Shown here: piece by piece, positions 54,030-64,000 of the stretch
How positions within the stretch are numbered: position 1 is the first letter of the stretch
How the letters are laid out: each line of letters starts with the position of its first letter
NCBI GenBank assembly: GCA_963769025.1
Contig: CAVYKI010000012.1
Location: forward strand, 384,001 to 448,000
Direction: 5' to 3'
Length of the DNA stretch: 64,000 nucleotides
Source: an uncultured Verrucomicrobiae bacterium
Lineage (GTDB): Bacteria; Verrucomicrobiota; Verrucomicrobiia; Chthoniobacterales; Chthoniobacteraceae
Program-made: the position numbers and the translations under genes
The notes under the pieces: model-generated
The model's database searches: none
What the model was told of the DNA's origin: nothing
What the model saw: the letters and a program-made list of their open reading frames with translations, nothing else

Positions 54030-55682
54030 CTACTTCTGCTCGGCCGCAGGGGTCGTGTAGCGGAACTTGTTGCTTCGGTCCTTGCTGCCGAAAAGATCCT
54101 GCACGTCGAAGAACGTCACAAACAGCATGAAGCCGATGATGAGCAAAGCGCACGCGGTCTGTATCCACTCGACGACCTTGAGATTCGCAGGCTTGCGGCG
54201 GATCGCCTCGATGATGGCGAGCGTGATGTGGCCGCCGTCGAGCACGGGCAGCGGGAGCATGTTGAGCAACGCGAGATTCACATTCAGCAGCACGCTGAAC
54301 CACAGCGCCATCTTCCAGCCCTCGGGCTGCTCGAAGAGCATGTAGTAAATGCGCATCATCATGACCGGGCCGCCCATGTGCTGCACGCTCACGTCGCTCT
54401 TCGAGGAAGTGACCGCCCCGAGCGTGTTCACGATGGCGCCGACGCTGAGCTTGATCTGCTCCGCGACGGGCGGGTGGCGCGTCTGGCCGCGTCCGTAGGA
54501 ATCGAAGGTGATGCCGGCCTGCTCGTCGAACGCCAGGCCGATCATCGGGCGGCGCTCGTCGGCATTGAGCGCGGGCGTCACGGAAATGGGATCGAGTTTC
54601 TTGCCGTCGCGCTCGACGACGAACTCGATGGGTTCGCTCACTTTCCCGCGGATGTGCCCGATGAGGGCGCTCGCGGAAATGAAGGACTTCCCGTCCACCG
54701 AGATGATCTTGTCCCCGCCTTTCAGCCCGGCGCGCTCGGCGGGGCCGTCCTTGATCGGCGTGCCGGTGACCAGCGTCCGCGGCTTGAATGGCAGTTCGAC
54801 CGTGCCGGTCTTGCGCTCGACGGTGAGCGTGTATTCCTGGCCGGGATGCGCCTGCGCGAAATCCCACATGCCCCCGATGCTGTAGAGCTGCTGGCCGTTG
54901 ATCTTCGCGATGAAGTCGCCCTTTTGCAGCCCGGAGTCGGCGCCCACGCCTTTCGGCGCGACGCTGTCCACCAATGGCGTGAGGCTTGGCGCGATGCCGA
55001 TCTGCCGCGTGCCGCGTCGCTCCCAGGCGTTCGTCGTGGGAATGTTCGGCTTTACGTCGAAAGGCTCCAGCAGCTTGCCATCGCGCTCGACCACGAGACG
55101 GATCGTTTCTCCCTCGCTGCGGACGACACGCCAGATGATGGCGTCGTCGCTCTGGCCCACAAAACGGCTGACTTTTTGCCCGTCGATTTCGACAATCTTG
55201 TCCCCTGCCTTCAGTCCCGCCCTTTGAGCCGGGCCCGCGGGATCCAGCGCGCCGATGTGGACGCTGCTTTCCTGCTCGCCCATCGGCCGCCCGATCTGGT
55301 GGACCAGCACCGCAAACACGATCGCCAGCAAAAAGCTGAACAGCGGCCCCGCGAAAGCGACGATGATTTTGTCGAGCGCCGAAATGGGCTTGAGCTGGTC
55401 CTTCGGAGCCTCGGTCTGCCCCTCGATGGCCTCCATCGGCGCGAGTTGCGGGAGTTTCACAAAGCCGCCCGCCGGGATGCACCCGAGGCTGTAAGTCACG
55501 CCCCCGATCTTCTTTTTCCAGATCGGCTTCCCGAACCAGATGCCGAAGCCCTCGATGTAGAGCCCGCGCCATTTTGCCGCGAGGAAGTGGCCCAGCTCGT
55601 GGACGATGATGAGCAGATTGAAAATGAGGACGACCTCGAGGAGGATGCCGATGAATTTCAGGACGGCGAAAAGTGTATCCAT
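54030..55682 (-). CDS. rseP: RIP metalloprotease RseP with three PDZ domains
   Basis: HELGHF, AFAGP, NLALLNMLPLPVLDGGH; three GLxxGDxIxxIxG PDZ repeats. Confidence 0.93.
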   Translation of the reverse strand: MDTLFAVLKFIGILLEVVLIFNLLIIVHELGHFLAAKWRGLYIEGFGIWFGKPIWKKKIGGVTYSLGCIPAGGFVKLPQLAPMEAIEGQTEAPKDQLKPISALDKIIVAFAGPLFSFLLAIVFAVLVHQIGRPMGEQESSVHIGALDPAGPAQRAGLKAGDKIVEIDGQKVSRFVGQSDDAIIWRVVRSEGETIRLVVERDGKLLEPFDVKPNIPTTNAWERRGTRQIGIAPSLTPLVDSVAPKGVGADSGLQKGDFIAKINGQQLYSIGGMWDFAQAHPGQEYTLTVERKTGTVELPFKPRTLVTGTPIKDGPAERAGLKGGDKIISVDGKSFISASALIGHIRGKVSEPIEFVVERDGKKLDPISVTPALNADERRPMIGLAFDEQAGITFDSYGRGQTRHPPVAEQIKLSVGAIVNTLGAVTSSKSDVSVQHMGGPVMMMRIYYMLFEQPEGWKMALWFSVLLNVNLALLNMLPLPVLDGGHITLAIIEAIRRKPANLKVVEWIQTACALLIIGFMLFVTFFDVQDLFGSKDRSNKFRYTTPAAEQK

Positions 55683-55739
55683 GTGATTTGGGGTTGGGAC
55701 AGTAGGCGGCGCGGCGCGTTCAGCAACACGAACCTGCGG

Positions 55740-56142
55740 CTATCGCAGTTCCTCGAGCGAGTGCACCACGCGCAGGCCGGGGATGGCGTCGAAGTGGCGG
55801 TCGTACGTGAGCACCGCGGCGTCCGCACGGATGGCGCACGCCGCGATGATGATATCCTGCGCAGGCATGCTGTGGCCTTTCCGGGTGACCTGCCAGCCGA
55901 GTTCGCAAGCCGCGTCCCATAGCTGCGTTGTCCGTGGGCACGTTTTGCATCACGTCGAAGAAGGCGTCCACGTGTGCGCGCACTTTCGGCAGGGCGATCC
56001 CTCGGGTGACTTCCAAACGCACCATCCCGCAAGTCGCGATGTCCACCAGTTCGAGCCGCCCCATCAACTCCCGGGAGGGATCGAGGCCGCGCTTCGAAAG
56101 CGTGATGTAAATGCAGCTATCAACGAGAACGGGGCGGTCCAT
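55740..56142 (-). CDS. vapC: VapC-type PIN domain toxin; one frameshift
   Basis: VLVDSCIYI, VRLEV, then in the corrected frame AQDIIIAACA...VLTYDRHFDAIPGL. Confidence 0.85.
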
Positions 56143-56380
56143 CAGGAGTTGGAGGCGGCGGTTCGGCCACGCACAAAGCCAACGGATCGTAATCCGGGTA
56201 AAACGCATTCGCCAATTCGTCGGGCGTGAGGCCGAGGCCGGTCTTGCCAAACTCGCGGAGCTTCCTCTTGCGCACCAATTCGCGCAGGGCAAAGTCCACG
56301 GCTTCAGTCTTGGTGACGCAGCCAAATGTTTCCATCACCTCTTCGAGGATCTTCTCGTCAATGTGCATGGTCATCTTCAT
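56120..56380 (-). CDS. vapB: VapB-type antitoxin
   Basis: MKMTMHIDEKILEEVMETFGCVTKTEAVDFALRELVR; directly upstream of the PIN gene. Confidence 0.85.
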   Translation of the reverse strand: MKMTMHIDEKILEEVMETFGCVTKTEAVDFALRELVRKRKLREFGKTGLGLTPDELANAFYPDYDPLALCVAEPPPPTPDGPPRSR

Positions 56381-56419
56381 GCCATACCGTGTATGGCAAG
56401 CTCCGTGCCGCGTCAAATC

Positions 56420-57578
56420 CTATTTCCCGCCGGCCCCGATTTTCTCCGCCGCAATCGCTCTGGCCCATGAGTCGGCGGCGATGATTTCCTCGAGCGAAGC
56501 GTGCGGCTTTGCGGTGTGCGCGCGCATGACGCTCTCGACCGTCCGCCAGATCGCGGGAAAGCCGCATCGTCCATCGAGGAAGGCGGCGACGGCGACTTCG
56601 TTCGCGGCGTTCAGCACGGAAGGCAGTGTGCCGCCGTCGGTGCCGGCCCAGCGCGCGAGATCGAGCGCGGGGAAATCGGCAGTGCGCGGCGCTTCGAATT
56701 CGAGCTTGGTCAGCTTGGTGAAATCGAGCGGCGGGAGGCGGTTCGGCACGCGCTCGGGCCACGTGACTGCGAACTGGATCGGGAAGCACATGTCCGTCGC
56801 GCTGAGCTGCGCGAGCACGGAGTTGTCCACGAATTCGACCATCGAGTGGATGATGCTCTGCGGATGCACGACCACGTCCACGCGCGCCATCTCCACATCG
56901 AACAGCCAGCGCGCCTCGATCATTTCCAGGCCCTTGTTGAAGAGCGTCGCGGAATCGATCGTGATCTTCGCGCCCATGACCCAGGTCGGGTGCTTCAGCG
57001 CCTGCGCCTTCGTCACTTTCTCCAAATCCGCCGCCGGCAAAGTGCGGAATGGTCCGCCGCTCGCGGTGAGGATGATGCGCCGCACCTGCTCCGGGCTGCG
57101 ACCTTCGATGCACTGGAAAATCGCGTTGTGCTCGCTGTCCACGGGCAGCACTTGCACGCCCTTTTTGCGCGCGGCGGTCATCACGGCTTCGCCGGCCATC
57201 ACGAGGATTTCCTTGCTCGCGACGGCGATATCCTTGCCCGCCTCGATCGCCGCGAGCGCAGGCCGCAGGCCTGCGGTGCCGACGATGGCGATGAGCACCA
57301 GATCGGCCTCGGGCAGCGTGGCGAGTTCGCAGAGGCCTTCATCGCCGGCAAAAACCGGCAGGCCCGTCGCCGACGCCACGTCCTTGACCGCGCCGGCGTC
57401 CGCGACTGAGACGGCCTTCGGGCGAAATTCCCGCGCCTGCTCGATGAGGCGAGCCGCATTTTTCCCGGCGGCGAGGCGCGACGACTTCCATCCGTTCGGG
57501 GATGTCGCGCGCGACTTTCAGCGCGCTTTCGCCGATGCTCCCGGTGGAGCCGAGGATGACCACGCGGCGCTTTCTCAT
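56420..57578 (-). CDS. dxr: 1-deoxy-D-xylulose-5-phosphate reductoisomerase; frameshifted
   Basis: ILGSTGSIG, PVDSEHNAIFQ, LTASGGPF, HPTWVMGAKITIDSATLFNKGLE, NAANEVAV. Confidence 0.96.
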
Positions 57579-58462
57579 CGGGGCAGGACGAAGCGCAGGT
57601 AGAAAAACATCATCGGCGCAGTGAAGAGGATGCTGTCGATGAGGTCGAGCGCACCGCCGATGCCGGGGAGAAAGCGCCCGCTGTCCTTCGCCCCGCAGCT
57701 TCGCTTCAGCAGCGACTCCGCGAGGTCGCCGACGATCGCTGCAAAGCCAAGAATCAGCCCGAGAATCACCGCATCCGACTGCTGGAGGTAGTGCAATTTT
57801 TCCGGCATCAGCGCGAGCAGCCCGCACCCGCCGCCGACGCTGAAGACGAGCGCTCCGAAAAATCCCTCCCACGTTTTCTTCGGCGAGATGTGCGGCACGA
57901 GCGGATGCTTGCCGATGAGCGAGCCGGTGAGGTAGGCGCCCATGTCGCTGAATTTCGTCACCAGCACGAGGAACAGCACGTACCAGTGCCCCGTCACGTG
58001 CCCGTCGATCCGCGGCGTGAGATACACGATCTTCGCCACAAAGCTGAACGGCCACGGCACGTAGAACAGTCCGAAAAGCGTCAGCGCCATCGTCTCCAGC
58101 GGCACGAGTTCCACCACGCGCACGAACATCTGCCGCGCGAAAACCACGAGCAGGAAGAGCAGCAGCGTGCCGATTTCAAAGTCGTAGATCGCCTCCGGCC
58201 GCGCCCCGCGTCCCCAGAGCCAGTAGAAGCTCCCGCCGAGCATCAGCGCCCCGCAGAACATGCCGAACATTTTGAAGTTCGGCAGCTTCTTCACATCGAG
58301 CATCGAGTAGTACTCCCACAGCCCCACGAGCCCGAGCCCGGAAACCAGCAGCACAAAGCCCGGCTCCGAGCCGGTGAAGATCGTCCACAGCGCGACCGTC
58401 CACAGCACGGCCGTGCTCGCGAAGCGGCGGAGAAAAGTGAGCTTCCTGTCAGTCATTGGCAT
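57575..58462 (-). CDS. cdsA: Phosphatidate cytidylyltransferase
   Basis: SDMGAY, ISPKKTWEG, GDLAESLLKR...KDSGRFLPGIGGALDLIDS. Confidence 0.95.
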   Translation of the reverse strand: MPMTDRKLTFLRRFASTAVLWTVALWTIFTGSEPGFVLLVSGLGLVGLWEYYSMLDVKKLPNFKMFGMFCGALMLGGSFYWLWGRGARPEAIYDFEIGTLLLFLLVVFARQMFVRVVELVPLETMALTLFGLFYVPWPFSFVAKIVYLTPRIDGHVTGHWYVLFLVLVTKFSDMGAYLTGSLIGKHPLVPHISPKKTWEGFFGALVFSVGGGCGLLALMPEKLHYLQQSDAVILGLILGFAAIVGDLAESLLKRSCGAKDSGRFLPGIGGALDLIDSILFTAPMMFFYLRFVLPR

Positions 58463-58561
58463 CGGCAGCCGCGGAAGGTGGCGGGCACGGGGACATGTGT
58501 CGAGTTCGGAGCGAGGGCTTGCTACCCGCGCGCCGGAATCGGTAGCGTCAGTGTTTACGCA

Positions 58562-60868
58562 ATGAATATCCGCAGCACCGTCCTCGCTTTCGCCGCGCTG
58601 TGCATCAGCGCGCACGGGGAACCGATGCGGCCGCTGACCGGCGGCGATCCGGTGGGCAGGTTCAGCGACATCCCGATCGATATCGCGGCGGAAAACCTCG
58701 ATGCCTCCGGGATTCTCGCCACGGCCTCCGGCAACGTGCAGATCTCCTACGGCTCGACGACGATCTTCGCGGACGAAGCGCAATACGACCCCACGACGCG
58801 CGACGTCATCGCGACGGGAAATGTGCGCATCTACCGCGACGGCCAGCTCGTCACCGCCGAGCGCGCGGTGTACAATCTCGAGACCAAGGACATCATGAGC
58901 GCCTCGGTGAACGGCGAGACGTTTCCCTACCTCTATTCCGGCAATTCGTTCCAGAACATCGTCGGCAGCAATGGCTACCTCGTCAAAGGCGGGGTCTTCA
59001 CCACGGACGACTCCATTCAGCCGGGCTGGTCGCTCCGCGCACGCCGCGCACGCATTTATCCCCAATGACAGCGTCATCCTCTACGACGTGGATTTCTACG
59101 TCGGCGAGACGGCGGTGATGCGCCTGCCGTACCTCTACCAGTCGTTGAACCGGGAGAACTCGTTCAGCCTCACGCCCGGCTATCGCTCCGTGTGGGGCGG
59201 CTACCTGCTGACCACCACCACCTTTCCGCTCACCGACAAGCTCGGCGCGACGCTCCGGCTGGATTACTACTCGAATCGCGGCGCGGCCGTGGGATTGGGC
59301 CTCCAGTGGCCGTCCAAGCGCGACAGCAAGAGCTGGGGACGCTTCACCGCCTACGGGCTCCACGACGCCAACCCGGACGAGAACGAAACCGCCCTGGCAC
59401 GCGAGGCGATCTCGTCGGAACGCTACCGCGTCTCGCTGCAGGCACGCCAGTACATCACCGACGACATCTACGCCTCGGTGAACATCAACAAACTCAGCGA
59501 CACGCGCTTCCTGCAGGACTTTTTCGTGTCGGAGTTCGTCAAGAATCCGCATCCGGACAATTCGCTCAGCGTCACGAAATTTGCCGACGATTACACGGTG
59601 ACGCTGCTCGCGCGAAAGCAGGCCAACGAGTTCTTCGACGGCACCGAGCGGCTGCCCGAGGGCGCGCTGGACATCACGCGGCAGTCCGTGTTTGGCAGCA
59701 AGGTCTTCTACGAAGGCGAGACCACCGGGGGCACCTACCGGAAGAATTTCTCCAAGGGCTCCGCGTTCCCGGACTACGGCTACTCCCGGCTCGATACGTT
59801 CCACCAGTTCCTCTTCCCGCGCACCTACATGGGCTGGCTCAGCGTCGTTCCGCGCGTCGGCTTCCGCGGCACGTGGTATTCGGAAACGGGGAACACGATG
59901 GCGTTCCCCGCGACCACCGCCGAGACGCTGAACACCGAGGTCGCGAAGAACGCGGACGGGACCATCAACCGGCTGATGAAAACCGGCTCGGTCTTCCGTC
60001 CCGTGTTCAACACCGGCGTCGAGACGTCCTTCAAAATCTCGAAAGCCTACGAGACCGTCCAGAGCCGTGCATTGGGCCTCGACGGCCTGCGCCACATCAT
60101 CCAGCCGTACGCCAACCTCAGCTACGTGACCACCGACTCGAATGGCAAGGAGCTCTTCCAAATCGACAGCCTCCAGAACTCCTCCCAGCTCCCGGCGATC
60201 GACTTTCCCGTCCTTCAACGGCATCGACTCGATCACCAACTGGAACATCCTCCGCGTCGGCGCTCGCAACCGCCTCCAGACGCGCCGCGACGACTCCACC
60301 TTCAACTGGCTGGAGATGGACAGCTTCTTCGACATCCGCCTGGAGGAGCCAAACTTCGGCTCCCTCAACCCCGACACCGGCAGCTACTCGAACATCGTCA
60401 ACCGCATCCGCTTCGCGCCCGTCCCGTGGGTGAACCTGTCGCTCGACTCGCAATTGCCCCTGCTCGACACCGGTTTCTCGGAGGTGAACACGAACCTCAC
60501 CTTCCTGCCGAACGACCACATGAGCTTCACCGTCGGCCACCGCTATCTGCAGACCAATTCGCTCATCCAGGACAGCTCGCTGCTCACGCTCGGCACGCAT
60601 CTCCGGTTCAACGAAAACTGGGCCTTTTCCGCGACCGGGCAGCTACGAATTCCACGATCGCGTCCTGCAGTCGCAGACCTTCCAACTGCATCGCGACCTC
60701 ACGAGTTGGATCGCCAGCGTGGGCTTCACCGCGCTCGACAACGGAACCGCCACCACCGCGCAAAAAAGCTACGGCGTGTCGCTCACCTTCACGCTCAAGG
60801 ATCTCCCGAACGTCCGCCTCCCCGTCAGCGTGAACCCCGGCCTCGGCGGCGACAGCACCAGTCGCTGA
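58562..60868 (+). CDS. lptD: LPS-assembly protein LptD; frameshifted
   Basis: Signal peptide, OstA-like N-domain (ATASGNVQISY, ATGNVRIY), beta-barrel motifs (LSDTRFLQDF, TERLPE, LRHIIQP, GARNRLQTRR). Confidence 0.85.
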
Positions 60869-62218
<1,350 letters not shown>

Positions 62219-62229
62219 CCTGAGCTGCG

Positions 62230-62460
62230 CTAAAAGAGATCCTCTGGGTTATCGAATTTGAAGAACTCAAGGTCGATATCGATCAGATGAATCGGCTGTC
62301 GTCGAATGCCGATGCCATTGCGGATCATGTTCTCCACGATCGCGTCGCCATCGAGAAGGAGGATCGTAATTGCCCCCTTCTTTATCGAAGCAGCCTCAGC
62401 GTCCGACGTAAATCGACCGGTCGTGAGAAAGACACCGTGGTCGTAGTCGCCGCCGCGAAG
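62230..62460 (-). pseudogene. C-terminal fragment of an Mrr-type restriction endonuclease
   Basis: DHGVFLTTGRFTSDAEAAS...ITILLLDGDAIVENMIRNGIGI...IDIDLEFF; N-terminus absent. Confidence 0.65.
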
Positions 62461-62647
62461 ACGAGCTGATGAAGCAGACCACCGAAGCAACAACAAGGCG
62501 TTCTTCAAGCGGATGCCGCGAGCTGACCATCGCCGGCTATTTCACCTCCGAGATGGCTCGACGAAGGCGCTCGAATATCTGCCGATCTCTGGCCGCTTTG
62601 AAGGCGATGTCCCGATGCAGCCGGGCCAGAAGGCGTGGGCCACGTAA
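62460..62647 (+). pseudogene. C-terminal fragment of a gluconate 2-dehydrogenase subunit 3 family protein
   Basis: FFKRM/RELTIAGYFTSE...LEYLPISGRFEGDVPMQPGQKAWAT across frameshifts; precedes a GMC gene. Confidence 0.65.
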
Positions 62648-62700
62648 GCATCGACCGGCAAACTCACGATCCGACTTGGCGAACACCAATCCACACGCTC

Positions 62701-64000
62701 ATGGCACGTCTGACCATCGATTCCATCAAGGAACTGACCTACGACGCGATCGTCATCGGCTCGGGAGTTTCCGGCGGATGGGCGGCGAAGGAACTGACCG
62801 AAAAAGGCCTGCGCGTGCTGATGCTGGAGCGCGGCAAGCAGCTCGAGCACGTGACCGACTACGAGAACGCGCTGAAGGCGCCGTGGGAGCTGCAAATACA
62901 ACGCGACGCTGACCACCGCGCAGATCGAGTCGCACCCGAAGCTGGCGCGCGACTATCCGTACAACGAGATGACGGAGAAGTACTGGTTCAAGGACTCCGA
63001 TTCGCTCTACCGCGAGGTGCAGCGCTTCGACTGGTTCCGGCCGAACATCGTCGGCGGAAAATCGATCATGTGGGGCCGGCAGTCGTATCGGCTGAGCGAT
63101 CATCGATTTCGAGGCGAACCTCCGCGACGGCATCGCCGTGGACTGGCCGATCCGCTACGCGGACATCGCGCCGTGGTATTCCTACGTCGAGAAAGTTCGC
63201 GGGGATTTCGGGCGAGAAGCTCGGCCTGCCGCAGTTGCCGGACGGCGAGTTCCTGCCGCCGATGGAGATGTATTTCGTCGAGAAGGAAGTGCGGAAGCGG
63301 ATCGAGAAAACTTCCCCGGCCGCGTGATGACGATCGGCCGCGTGGCAAATCTCTCGAAGGCCGCGGAGGAGCAGCTCGGCGTCGGCCGCGCGCCGTGCCA
63401 TGTACCGCAACCGCTGCTCGCTGGGGCTGTCCGTTCGGCGCCTACTTCAGCACGCAGTCTTCCACCCTTCCGCGGCGGCGAAGACGGGCCGGCTCACACT
63501 GCGGCCGGATTCCGTCGTCACGAGATCACGTACGACGACAGCACCCAGCGCGCGACCGGCGTGCGCGTGCGCGACGCGTGACGCATGCAGGATCGCGAGT
63601 ACTTCGCGAAGATCGTCTTCGTCTGCGCGAGCTCGATCAGCTCCACGGCGCTGCTTGATGAATTCCACCTCGGCGCGTTTCCCGAATGGCCTCGGCAACG
63701 ACTCCGGCCAACTCGGATCGAAATCTCATGGATCACCACTTCCGCGCCGGCGCCACCGGGCGTCTGGGAAGGCGGCCTCGATCGCTACTACTACGGGCGC
63801 CGGCGCGCAACGGCATCTACATTCCCGCGCTACCGCAATCGTCAACGGCGACAAGCGCGACTACGTGCGCGGCTTCGGCTACCAGGGCAGCGCGAGCCGC
63901 GGCAAGGCTGGCAGCGCGACGTGGCCGAGCTCTCCTTCGGCGAAGAGCTCAAGAACGAGCTCACCGACGCCCGGCGAGTGGACGATGGGCCTCGGCGGTT
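62701..64000 (+). CDS. GMC family oxidoreductase; many frameshifts, runs off window
   Basis: YDAIVIGSGVSGGWAAKELTEKGLRVLMLERG, VGGKSIMWGRQSYR, DWPIRYADIAPWY, GCPFGAYFSTQSSTLP. Confidence 0.88.

Overview
High-GC bacterial chromosome segment. The 16S V4 region and the gene content point to Verrucomicrobiota, most likely Chthoniobacterales (judged by eye, no search run). Many genes carry single-base frameshifts in patches (about 1-6.4 kb, 13-16 kb, 50-54 kb, 56-64 kb), including essential ones (serS, dxr, ispG, lptD), which most likely reflects uncorrected long-read errors. Core content: a complete rRNA operon on the minus strand (16S-tRNA-Ala-tRNA-Ile-23S-5S); cdsA-dxr-[vapBC]-rseP-ispG; lptD; serS; der; guaD-nadC-birA; murU/amgK-like genes; an ECF sigma/anti-sigma/HtrA module; PQQ-like beta-propeller proteins; IS remnants. 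The standout is a tightly coupled 7-gene operon at 20664-31701 (minus strand). It encodes an FHA/GYF/Zn-ribbon TRAFAC-type GTPase, a GAP1-N2-like partner with a variable tail, a large membrane coiled-coil protein, a GYF-DUF4190 protein, a MotA/TolQ/ExbB channel and two different ExbD/MotB-like subunits: a candidate GTPase-controlled, proton-motive-force-driven envelope conflict or sensing system. Also notable are REP-like palindromes sitting inside three protein-coding genes, and a roughly 450-bp inverted-repeat-bounded element carrying an array of LacI-operator-like repeats in front of an ArsR-type HTH gene.
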